Assembly (NCBI GenBank): GCA_963827235.1
Contig: CAWHAE010000017.1
Span: 32,001 to 96,000, forward strand
From: an uncultured bacterium
GTDB taxonomy: Bacteria > Chloroflexota > UBA5177 > JANWHV01
Direction of reading: 5' to 3'
DNA length: 64,000 bases
The translations under genes were made by a program, and so were the position numbers. Positions 20,089-29,123 of this stretch are shown here, in pieces; the stretch's first letter is position 1, and each line of letters begins with the position of its first letter. The notes under the pieces were generated by a model. It searched no databases. It was not told the DNA's origin and saw only the letters and a list, made by a program, of their open reading frames with translations.

Positions 20089-21138
20089 CTAGACGTCGTT
20101 GATCTGCGCGCAGGATTCTCTGCGAATCAGCGTCGTGGGCAGGACCACGCCCGTGCTGTCGAGCGCCTCGCCATTGAGCAGGCGGACAAGCATGCTGGTC
20201 GCTGTTCGCCCCATGTCGGCCAGCGGCTGCCGCACGGTCGTGAGTGGAGGGTTGGCGATCGCGCTCATCGGCACGTCATCGAAACCTACCACGCTGAGGT
20301 CGCGCGGCACCGTGAGTCCGCGCGACCTCGCCGCGGCATAGACGCCCATGGCCTGCAGGTCACTGCCGGCGAAGATTGCCGTAGGCGGATCTGGCAGGTC
20401 CAGCAGCGCTGCTCCCTCGACAGATCCCGACTCGTAGACGAACCCGCCCGGACGGGCATATTGCGGGACGACGTCAACCCCTGCTGCCTGCAGCGCTGCC
20501 TTGTACCCCTCCTCACGCTCGCGACTGCACTGGTAGGACGGAGGTCCGCTGATCATCGCGATCCGCCGGTGGCCCAGCCCAAGAAGATGTTCGGTCGCAG
20601 CCCGCGCCCCAGTCCAGTTCGTGGCCCCGACCGACGGCACAGTGGCGCCCAGTCCGCCGCGATGGTCGATGACCACGAAAGGAACACCACGTCGCGCTAG
20701 AGAGTCCAGACGACTGGACTCCCCGTGGGCGAGGACAAGGATGGCGCCGTCTGTGGCGCGGTCGACCACCGTTTCCAACCAGCGCCGCTCCCGCTGCAGC
20801 TTGTCGTGCGTCACGGTGAGTGCCATGCGAAGACCGGCACGCGCCAGACCGTCCTCCACGCCATCGATGATCTCGAAGATGTACGGGCTGTCTAGGCGCA
20901 GCACTACCAGATCCACGACACCGGTCTGACCGCTGCGGAGACTGCGCGCCGCTCTGCTGCTCACATAGCCCAACTCCACAATCGCACGCTGCACGCGTTC
21001 TCGCGTCGCCTTCGCGACACCGTTCTGATTGTTGAGCACCTTCGAAACCGTCGGTATGGAGACCCGTGCAGCCGTAGCCACGTCTACAATGGTGTATCGG
21101 CGCTCGGCAGCCACTGCTTTCTCATCCATCAGCAGCAC
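20089..21138 (-). CDS. LacI-family transcriptional regulator
   Basis: TIVDVATAARVSIPTVSKVLN HTH, VPRDLSVVGFDD, PPLTTVRQP. Confidence 0.96.
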   Translation of the reverse strand: MLLMDEKAVAAERRYTIVDVATAARVSIPTVSKVLNNQNGVAKATRERVQRAIVELGYVSSRAARSLRSGQTGVVDLVVLRLDSPYIFEIIDGVEDGLARAGLRMALTVTHDKLQRERRWLETVVDRATDGAILVLAHGESSRLDSLARRGVPFVVIDHRGGLGATVPSVGATNWTGARAATEHLLGLGHRRIAMISGPPSYQCSREREEGYKAALQAAGVDVVPQYARPGGFVYESGSVEGAALLDLPDPPTAIFAGSDLQAMGVYAAARSRGLTVPRDLSVVGFDDVPMSAIANPPLTTVRQPLADMGRTATSMLVRLLNGEALDSTGVVLPTTLIRRESCAQINDV

Positions 21139-21259
21139 CTACCTCCTGTGCTGGATGTCGAAGAATACGATGCCGCGTTCGTCTACCGCAGCCGGACTCT
21201 GCGCCCGCACCCAGTGACATCGGCAAATCCTGCCAGCGTGCCGAGGCGTTTACATAGTC

Positions 21260-21319
21260 TCGATAACGATCCCACGACTTTCGGCCCTTAGGCTACACTT
21301 GGGCCGGTGACGATGTCAA
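21260..21319 (-). promoter_or_regulatory. Candidate sigma70 promoter for lacI (TTGACA-N18-TAGCCT) with a downstream operator-like site
   Basis: Reverse strand reads TTGACAtcgtcaccggcccaagtgTAGCCT; the motif TCGATAACGAT lies at 21260-21270. Confidence 0.5.
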
Positions 21320-21511
21320 GGTGTTCTACGTACCCTGGACACAAGGCTGTACGTCTTGTGATAAGCACGAATGGATACCGGCCTACCTGGGGGCCATTCG
21401 TGCTTCCTGAGGTGCTGGACACGTCCCGTGAGTGGATAGTCCGACTTGCCGGTACTGCCCACCAGGAGCTTGACACCGCTGGTGGCTACTGGGCAAGAAG
21501 GACGCTAGAGC

Positions 21512-21565
21512 TTGACAAGGGGATGTCTCAATGCTAGAGTCGTGCCGAACAGTGTCGATACCGAT
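21512..21565 (+). promoter_or_regulatory. Candidate sigma70 promoter for GH3 (TTGACA-N17-TAGAGT, extended TG) with an operator-like site
   Basis: TTGACA at 21512-21517, TG-c-TAGAGT at 21532-21540, TCGATACCGAT at 21555-21565. Confidence 0.6.
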
Positions 21566-21578
21566 ATGAGGGCTGGCC

Positions 21579-23930
21579 ATGAGACAACCGGCATACATGG
21601 ACGCGACGGCAGCGATCGAGGATCGCGTTGCGGATTTGCTCGGGATCATGTTGCTGGACGAGAAACTCGCACAGTTGGGCTGCCTCTGGAGTTCTTCCTT
21701 CGTCGCCGACGGCGTGTTCGATCCGACCGAGGCGCTCAAGCTCATGCCTCACGGCATCGGTCAGGTGACGCGAATCGGCGGTGCCACCGCGCTCCGTCCC
21801 CACGAGAGCGCCGAGTTCATGAACGCCATCCAGCGGGCTGTGATCGAGCACACCAGGCTGGGCATCCCGGTCTTCGTCCATGAGGAAGCACTGGCAGGAC
21901 TGTCCCAGAGAGACGCCACCGTCTTCCCGCAAGCACTTGGGCTCGCAGCGACGTGGGATACGTCGCTTCTCGAACAGGTAGCAGGCGTGATCCGCACCCA
22001 AATGCTCGCGGTGGGCGCGCGGCTGGCATTGGCGCCGGTGATGGACGTAGCGCGCGATCCTCGCTGGGGACGGGTCGAGGAGACGTACGGCGAGGACCCG
22101 GTGCTCGCCGGTACCTTGGCCGCGGCGTTCGTACGCGGGCTGCAGACCAACGACCTGCAACGCGGGGTGGTCGCTACAGGCAAGCATTTCCTCGGCTATG
22201 GCGCATCGACGGGCGGGCGCAACTGCGGCCCTGTACACGTGGGCCAGCGTGAGCTGCGCGAGGTGTACGCTGAACCCTTCGGAGCAGCGATTCGGCATGC
22301 CGGTCTGGCGGCCGTCATGCCGTCCTATTCCTCGGTCGACGGAGTGCCCAGCACGGCCGACCGGCGCGTGCTCGCCGATCTGCTGCGCAGTGACCTGGGA
22401 TTCGATGGCCTGGTCGTGTCCGACTACTGGGCCGTCAACCTGCTGTGCACGTTTCATCGGATCGCTGCCTCGCCCGGCGAGGCAGCGCGCTTGGCGCTGC
22501 TGGCCGGCGTGGACGCCGAGTTGCCGGCGCTCGACTACTTTGCCGGCCCACTCAAGGCAGAGGTCGAGGCTGGACGCGTGCCGCAGTCGGCGGTCGACGA
22601 CGCAGTGCGTCGCGTCTTGCGCCTGAAGTTTCGCCTCGGTCTGTTCGACCGGCCCTACGTGGATGCGGCAGCCGCTGCAGCCCAGTTCGACACACACGAG
22701 CAGCGCGCTCTCGCGCGCAGATCGGCCGCGGCGTGCGCGGTGCTTCTCAAGAACGACGGTGTTCTGCCACTGTCCCGGACGGCTCGCCGGATCGCGGTGA
22801 TCGGCCCTGCAGCCGATGACCAGCGCCTGCTGCAAGGCGACTATCACTATCCGGCCCATCAGGAGGTCATCTTCCTCAGGTCGGACAAGACGGCATCGTT
22901 CGACGAAGCGCCGGCGGCGAAGGGTGCCTACGCGCCGGGACCGCACTTCACACCGCACGTGACACCGCTGGCGGCGCTACGGCGCGCGCTAGGCGATGCC
23001 GTCGTCGAGTATGCACGCGGCTGCGGCATACTCGACGGTCGATCGGAGATTGCCGCGGCGGTCGATGCCGCTCGCAGGGCGGATGTCGCGGTGGCGGTGG
23101 TCGGCGGCAAGAGCGGCCTCATGCGACCTGTGACCGTCGGCGAAGGTAACGACGCTACATCTCTCGATCTCACCGGTGTGCAGGAGGAGCTGGTAGAGGC
23201 CCTGGCATCTACCGGCACGCCGCTGGTGGTCGTCGTGATGAGCGGGCGAGTGCACACCCTCGAGCGCATAGCGGAGCGTGCAAACGCACTCGTGTGGACA
23301 GCCCCGTCGGGTGAGGAAGGTGGCGCCGGACTGGCAGACATACTGACCGGCCGCGAAGATCCTAGCGGCCGTCTCCCGGTGAGTCTGCCTCGAAGCGTGG
23401 GTCAGGTTCCTGTTCACGTGGGGAAACGGGCGGCATCGTACTGCGCCGTGCTCAGCGAGGGCTACGTGGATTGCCCATCGACCCCGTTGTTCGCCTTCGG
23501 TCACGGGCTGAGCTACACGACGTTTGCCTATTCAGACCTGCGCATCCGCGCCGGAACGACGCGTGAGGCTGTTGAGGTCACATGTGTACTCGCCAACACC
23601 GGTCGCGCGTCAGGCCACGAAGTTGTGCAGCTCTATGTCTCTGACGACGTTGCGGCAGTGGCCCGCCCGGATCAGATGCTGGTCGGCTTCGCACGGGTGT
23701 CGCTCGATGCCGGTAGCTCGCGGCGCATCACCTTTAGCGTCCATCCGTCTCGCCTGGCGTACTACGACATCGACATGCGGTTCGTGACGGAGCCGGGCTC
23801 TTTCACAGTGCAGGTGGGCGCCTCATCGTCCGACATCCGCCTGCGAGGAAGCTTCGAGCTTCAGGGCGAAACCGTGGAGTATCGGCAGCGAGAAATCGTC
23901 ATGACGGCGGTCTCGCATGATGCAGTGTGA
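21579..23930 (+). CDS. GH3 beta-glucosidase/beta-xylosidase with Fn3-like C-terminus
   Basis: TRLGIP, ARDPRWGRVEETYGEDP, KHF, GFDGLVVSDY (nucleophile), VLLKN, PSGRLP, FGHGLSYT, EVVQLY. Confidence 0.96.
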   Translation: MRQPAYMDATAAIEDRVADLLGIMLLDEKLAQLGCLWSSSFVADGVFDPTEALKLMPHGIGQVTRIGGATALRPHESAEFMNAIQRAVIEHTRLGIPVFVHEEALAGLSQRDATVFPQALGLAATWDTSLLEQVAGVIRTQMLAVGARLALAPVMDVARDPRWGRVEETYGEDPVLAGTLAAAFVRGLQTNDLQRGVVATGKHFLGYGASTGGRNCGPVHVGQRELREVYAEPFGAAIRHAGLAAVMPSYSSVDGVPSTADRRVLADLLRSDLGFDGLVVSDYWAVNLLCTFHRIAASPGEAARLALLAGVDAELPALDYFAGPLKAEVEAGRVPQSAVDDAVRRVLRLKFRLGLFDRPYVDAAAAAAQFDTHEQRALARRSAAACAVLLKNDGVLPLSRTARRIAVIGPAADDQRLLQGDYHYPAHQEVIFLRSDKTASFDEAPAAKGAYAPGPHFTPHVTPLAALRRALGDAVVEYARGCGILDGRSEIAAAVDAARRADVAVAVVGGKSGLMRPVTVGEGNDATSLDLTGVQEELVEALASTGTPLVVVVMSGRVHTLERIAERANALVWTAPSGEEGGAGLADILTGREDPSGRLPVSLPRSVGQVPVHVGKRAASYCAVLSEGYVDCPSTPLFAFGHGLSYTTFAYSDLRIRAGTTREAVEVTCVLANTGRASGHEVVQLYVSDDVAAVARPDQMLVGFARVSLDAGSSRRITFSVHPSRLAYYDIDMRFVTEPGSFTVQVGASSSDIRLRGSFELQGETVEYRQREIVMTAVSHDAV

Positions 23931-24263
23931 CGTCAGCGCATTCGGCTGACGACGTGGCAAGAAAGGAGGTGACAGGGGCTGAGCGGCGCTGTATCGCGCT
24001 CGTGTCGCGTCAGCGCTGTCGCTGATCCTCTGCGTTGCACGCCTAGCACGGCGATCTGCTTTACCGGGCTCAGGCGGCGCCGGATGATTGGAGATGCCCA
24101 GACTGGACACACGACAACCGCGAAGTCGCGGCGTGGCGCTGCATGCCCACCGGCGCGAGAAGGCATCGCATCCGGCTCACGCTGACCATCGTCCCACCCA
24201 CGCGTTGCCCTGCAAATGAGGATCGATCGCCGATCAACTCTGCTGACAGAGAAGGGTTTACCA

Positions 24264-25580
24264 ATGAGGACCCACTTCAAGCTTGCAATCGCGCTAGCTG
24301 CCATGCTCCTGATTTCTCTTGTCACCCCGGCCACTCACGCCGTGCCTACGCGGGCAGCGGCGACCTCGACCATTACCATCATGGACATTCAAACCGGTTG
24401 GCAGCAGAAGGCTCTGCTGGACATGGCCAGCACGTTCATGAAGGCCAATCCCGGGGTTACCATCAAGTACGACTGGATCACTAACAACACCTACGACACC
24501 GCACTCAGCGTCGCCATGGGCGCGCATCATGGACCGGACATCTTCATGGGCTGGGGCGGTGGCGGCCTGAAGACGTACGTCGACGCCGGCGATGTGCTCG
24601 ACCTTACCAGCGCGCTCAACGCCGACCCGGCCTGGAAGGCGCTCTATTCGCCTGCAGTCATGAACGTCGCCGCGTTCAACGGCCATTTCTACGGTATTCC
24701 CATGAACGAGTCGCAGCCCGAGGTCATCGTCTACAACAAGGCGATCTTCGCCAAGTATGGTCTGTCGGTGCCGACGACCTGGCCGCAGCTGCTGCAGGTG
24801 ATCAGCACGCTGAAGAGCCACAACGTCATCCCCTTCGCTCTCGGTGCGCAGTCGGGGTGGACCGAGATGCAGATCGTTCAGTACCTCGCCGACCGCATCG
24901 GCGGCCCGAGCGCGTTCAACGACATCTCGGCGCACAAGCCGGGCGCCTCGTTCAACTCACCCGCCTGGCTTCAGGCCGCGACACTGGCACAGGGTCTCGT
25001 GAAGGCGGGTGCCTTCGAGCCGGGCTTTGCCGGGTATAACTGGGGCTCCGGGGCGGACGCCAACAAGTTCATGTGGTCGGGCCGCGCGGCCATGATGTTC
25101 ATGGGCGTCTGGGAGCTCGGCATGGCACACGACAGCGCGCCCCAGCTCGCTCCCAGTTTCTCCATCTTCTCCATTCCGGCCGTGCCCGGCGGAAAGGGCA
25201 AGAGCACCGATCTCGTCGGCAACCCGGCGAACTACTACTCGATCAACAAGGATTCCAAGAACGCGGCCGTGGCGATCGCGTACCTCAAGACTGCTCTGAA
25301 CCCGACCTTCGCCGCACAACTTCTCGCCAACGGCGAGGTGCCCCCGCTTGCGAAGCTCGACACCTCCACCGTCAAGGATCCGCAGGAAGTCGATCAAATC
25401 AAGTTGCTACAGAGCGCCACGAGCTTCCAGCTTTCCGGCGACCGGCTCCTGCCGCTCGGGCCTGGCAACGACCTCAATACGTTCACACAGTCGTTGTTCA
25501 GCCAGTCGATCACGCCGCAGCAGTTCTGCAGCAAGATGCAGGCCAGCATTGAGGCGTACTGGGCCAAGAATCCCTCCTGA
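24264..25580 (+). CDS. Sugar ABC transporter solute-binding protein
   Basis: Sec signal peptide without a lipobox Cys; PDIFMGWGG, YNKAIFAKYGLSVPTTW, GRAAM; lies upstream of two permeases. Confidence 0.93.
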   Translation: MRTHFKLAIALAAMLLISLVTPATHAVPTRAAATSTITIMDIQTGWQQKALLDMASTFMKANPGVTIKYDWITNNTYDTALSVAMGAHHGPDIFMGWGGGGLKTYVDAGDVLDLTSALNADPAWKALYSPAVMNVAAFNGHFYGIPMNESQPEVIVYNKAIFAKYGLSVPTTWPQLLQVISTLKSHNVIPFALGAQSGWTEMQIVQYLADRIGGPSAFNDISAHKPGASFNSPAWLQAATLAQGLVKAGAFEPGFAGYNWGSGADANKFMWSGRAAMMFMGVWELGMAHDSAPQLAPSFSIFSIPAVPGGKGKSTDLVGNPANYYSINKDSKNAAVAIAYLKTALNPTFAAQLLANGEVPPLAKLDTSTVKDPQEVDQIKLLQSATSFQLSGDRLLPLGPGNDLNTFTQSLFSQSITPQQFCSKMQASIEAYWAKNPS

Positions 25581-25608
25581 TAGATAGAACCCGCTAGACG
25601 GGCAGGAA

Positions 25609-25644
25609 AGAGGAGAGTGCTCGGGCCTACGGGCACTCTCCTCT
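25609..25644 (+). terminator. Stem-loop after the binding-protein gene (attenuator or mRNA stabiliser)
   Basis: AGAGGAGAGTGC-N12-GCACTCTCCTCT forms a perfect 12-bp stem; no U-tract. Confidence 0.7.
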
Positions 25645-25778
25645 CCATGGCAACTACGCATCCGCGATGCTGGCATAGCATTTGCAACACTCTAGCCAGG
25701 ACGCAGGAGCACCGAGCGTACACGCCACGACAGTGTTAGGCGTTGAGGGGATTGAGCGAGCGGGGAGGGATATGTACG

Positions 25779-26672
25779 ATGATCGAGCAGGACACCGCAG
25801 GTCAGCGGCGACGCGCTCTACGCCGGGACATTGCCATCATGCTCTTTGTCCTTCCTGCTCTGGTGCTCTACGGCATCTACCTCCTGTACCCCCTGGTCGC
25901 TTCAATTTGGTATTCCTTCCTGGACTGGAACGGCATTGCCGCGCCGACTTTTGGCGGCCTGGACAACTGGCGTCAGCTCTTCCAGGACAGCGTGGTGTTG
26001 ACGTCACTCCGCAACACGGGAATCATTTTCCTTGGCTCCCTGTTCGAGATACCCTTCGGGCTCGGGATCGCGTTGATCATCCAGCGACTCGGGCGACTGG
26101 GAACGGTGCTCTCCACCATCTACGTCATTCCCATTCTGATCTCTTCCATCGCCATCGGCGTCTCGTGGGCTCAGCTCTACGATCCGCAGTTTGGCCCGCT
26201 CTACTACATCTTCAACGCGTTCGGAGGGTCGGCGCCAGCACTGATGGGCGAGAGCTCGACCGTCGTCTGGGCCATCTCCGCTGTGGTGCTCTGGGAGTTC
26301 ATCCCCAGCTACGTGCTGATCTTCAACGCCGGGTTGGTCGGCATCCCGCACGATCTCTATGAATCGGCCGCCATCGACGGCGCCGGGAGCTGGGCCGGCT
26401 TCCGCTACCTCACTATCCCGTTGCTCAAGAAGACCTTTGTCACCGCACTCGTGCTGATCACTGTCGGCTCATTCGGCTACTTCGACCTCATCTTCATCAT
26501 GTCCGGAGGCGGGCCCGGGCAATCCTCCTACACGCTCGCCTACTACGTCTATCGTGACGCGTTCCTGACTCAGGACGTCGGGTACGGCTCGGCGCTCGCC
26601 GTGCTGCTCTTCGTCATCTCTATTGCCGTCTCCGCGGTTGTCATCCGGTTCTCGCGGCTGATCCAGGAATAG
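25779..26672 (+). CDS. Carbohydrate ABC permease (MalF-like)
   Basis: EAA loop LYESAAIDGAGSW..FRYLTIP, MSGGGP, GYGSALAV. Confidence 0.95.
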   Translation: MIEQDTAGQRRRALRRDIAIMLFVLPALVLYGIYLLYPLVASIWYSFLDWNGIAAPTFGGLDNWRQLFQDSVVLTSLRNTGIIFLGSLFEIPFGLGIALIIQRLGRLGTVLSTIYVIPILISSIAIGVSWAQLYDPQFGPLYYIFNAFGGSAPALMGESSTVVWAISAVVLWEFIPSYVLIFNAGLVGIPHDLYESAAIDGAGSWAGFRYLTIPLLKKTFVTALVLITVGSFGYFDLIFIMSGGGPGQSSYTLAYYVYRDAFLTQDVGYGSALAVLLFVISIAVSAVVIRFSRLIQE

Positions 26673-26687
26673 TAAAGGAGCGGACCC

Positions 26688-27569
26688 ATGGCTACCGCGC
26701 ACGCGCAACAGCGTTCCAGTCGTTCTCGCTGGCAGCGCGTCAATCCTCAGAAGGCATCGACGTTCAGCCTTGCGCTCGTAGGTGGCATCGCATGGCTGGC
26801 CGTGGTGGCCCTCCCGCTCCTCTTTGCCGTGTCTGAGACCTTCAAGTCCCAGGCAGACGCCAATAACACCCCCGCCTGGACGCTCACCAATGCCACGCTC
26901 GACAATTACAAAACGGCGCTTACGGGGCAGTTCATGCACTACTTCCTCAACAGCGTAATCACCTCGGTCAGTGCCGTCCTGCTCTCGCTGTTCGTCGGCT
27001 CACTTGCCGCCTATGCGCTGGCGCGCATCCCGGGCCGCCTGAATGGGATGCTCTATCTTCTGTTCGTGGCCGGTCTTGCCGTGCCGGTCTACGCCGTGAT
27101 CGTCGCGACCTACCGCATCTCCATCGACGTGGGCCTGTACGATACGCTGCTCGGTCTGATCCTGCCCCTGGCAGGGACGAGCCTTCCCATCACCGTGTTC
27201 ATTCTGGCGGCGTTCATGCGCTCGATCCCCGAGGAGCTGGAGCTGTCGATGAGCATCGACGGCGCCGGGTATTTCCGCCGCTACTTCCAGCTTGCTCTCC
27301 CGCTCGCGCGGCCGGCGCTGGGAACGGTAGCGATCTTCACGTTCATCGGCGACTGGAACAACTTCATCTTTCCATTGATACTCGAGACCACGGATACCAA
27401 CCGGACGCTGCCCCTGGCGGTGTCCCTGTATCAGGGCGAATACAGCAGCAACATGCCCATGATATTGACGGTGGTCGTGCTGTCCGCCCTGCCGTTGGTG
27501 GTCTTCTACCTGCTGCAGCGCCGCAACTTCATCCAGGGCCTGACCATGGGCGCGCTCAGCGCTGTATGA
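26688..27569 (+). CDS. Carbohydrate ABC permease (MalG-like)
   Basis: YFLNS, AAYALAR, IPEELELSMSIDGAG, WNNF, QRRNFIQGLTMGA. Confidence 0.95.
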   Translation: MATAHAQQRSSRSRWQRVNPQKASTFSLALVGGIAWLAVVALPLLFAVSETFKSQADANNTPAWTLTNATLDNYKTALTGQFMHYFLNSVITSVSAVLLSLFVGSLAAYALARIPGRLNGMLYLLFVAGLAVPVYAVIVATYRISIDVGLYDTLLGLILPLAGTSLPITVFILAAFMRSIPEELELSMSIDGAGYFRRYFQLALPLARPALGTVAIFTFIGDWNNFIFPLILETTDTNRTLPLAVSLYQGEYSSNMPMILTVVVLSALPLVVFYLLQRRNFIQGLTMGALSAV

Positions 27570-27774
27570 TGGCCACTACTCCAGGATGCGCTGTCGGGAC
27601 TGATGCATGCTGTAGGGTCGGGAAAGTGCTGCTGTGCCGGGGCACCCTGATGTCGCGGTATCAGGGACGCGCTCGGGCACGTGTCTCTTGAAGAGCGATC
27701 ATATTGGCGGGTGGCATGCTGCAAGGGCGGGGACGCTCACTGAACTGCGTGGGGAGTGGGAGACCAGCGTGGAT

Positions 27775-29076
27775 ATGAATGCTCATGTTGTTGACCAGCT
27801 GTCGGTCGATTTGTCCGCGCCCGGCGGTCCTCCCACGTATCAGGCGTCGGGATTCATTTACGGGCTCTCCCCGGACGCCACCACGCCCTTCCAGGAGATG
27901 TTGACGGACATCAAGGTGCGGTTTCTGCGCGCGGGGGGGTCCCAAATTGGCGCGCCCCTTGGCGGGTGGATCAATGGCCGATATGAAGACCGGCTGAGCG
28001 TAGTGAGAGCCTATCATGCCAAGGCCATGGCGATCGGGGCGTCGTTCATCCTGCTGCTGCCCGGATTGTGGGGAGCGGACGGGGTGTGCGACGTGTTGCG
28101 TTACCCCGGCGACGATGACGAGTGGTCCGAGTTCTCGACGTTCCTAGGCACGGTGATCCGCAACGCGATCGCCTACGGTCTGGTAGGGCCGTCGGTGCAG
28201 TGGGAGATCTGGAACGAGCCGGATCTCGAGGTGTTTTGGCCCCGCGGTCAGCAGCAGTATCTGGAGCTGTGGCGGCGCGCGTTCAAGCAGATCCGTGCTG
28301 CCCTTCCCCACGCAATCATTACCGGGCCCTCGTTGTCCCGCTATCCGCACGAGGGGAATAACTGGTGGACCTCCTATCTGGACTTCGTGCGGGACAACGC
28401 GGTCGCGCCAGACATCGTCAGCCTGCACGAAGAGGAGGGCAAAGGCGGCGATCCGGTCGCCGATAGGCGTCTCGTGGATGCGATGCTGGCCGCGCGGGGG
28501 ATTACGGTCGGGCGGCGGAACGTCAACGAGTACGGCACTGCCGGCGCGGAGCAGCAACCCGGTCCATCGGCCTGGTACATCGCGCGCCTCGAGCGTGCCG
28601 ATATGGACGGGCTACGCGGCAACTGGGGCATGGTGGGCCAGAGGCTCTCTTTGTATGCCACTATGGGCGGGCTGGTCACGGCGGAGAACCGGCCGATGGG
28701 CGCCTGGTGGGTGTACAAGCGCTACGCCGACCAAACGGGCCGGCGGGTCGGCGTGACGCCGGGCTCCCGCGTGGACGCCGTGGCTTGCGCTGATGAAGGG
28801 AAGGGCCAGGCCCGGGTGCTGCTAGGGAACAAGGCGGGCGCTACCGGAGGAGCGGTGATGGTGCACTTCGAGAACCTTCCTGCTTATCTGCAGGCGCAAG
28901 GTGCAGTGAGGGTCGCAGTGGAGCGCATACCCGCGAGCAGCGAGGAAGTAGGCGGGCCGGCAGTCGTGTCACAGGCGGTGGCACCGGCACCGGGCGGGTC
29001 ACTCGTGGTCACGCTTGACTGGGCCAGTCCGCTAGATGCCTTCGCAGTGACACTGTCGCGTTCGTCAGCCGGGTGA
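27775..29076 (+). CDS. GH39-like (clan GH-A) glycoside hydrolase
   Basis: ASGFIYG, FLRAGG, WEIWNEPD acid/base, NVNEYG nucleophile, LRGNW. Confidence 0.8.
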   Translation: MNAHVVDQLSVDLSAPGGPPTYQASGFIYGLSPDATTPFQEMLTDIKVRFLRAGGSQIGAPLGGWINGRYEDRLSVVRAYHAKAMAIGASFILLLPGLWGADGVCDVLRYPGDDDEWSEFSTFLGTVIRNAIAYGLVGPSVQWEIWNEPDLEVFWPRGQQQYLELWRRAFKQIRAALPHAIITGPSLSRYPHEGNNWWTSYLDFVRDNAVAPDIVSLHEEEGKGGDPVADRRLVDAMLAARGITVGRRNVNEYGTAGAEQQPGPSAWYIARLERADMDGLRGNWGMVGQRLSLYATMGGLVTAENRPMGAWWVYKRYADQTGRRVGVTPGSRVDAVACADEGKGQARVLLGNKAGATGGAVMVHFENLPAYLQAQGAVRVAVERIPASSEEVGGPAVVSQAVAPAPGGSLVVTLDWASPLDAFAVTLSRSSAG

Positions 29077-29123
29077 CGGCTGAGGGTCATGGCGATGGAG
29101 AAGCAACAAGAGGAGAGGTAAGT

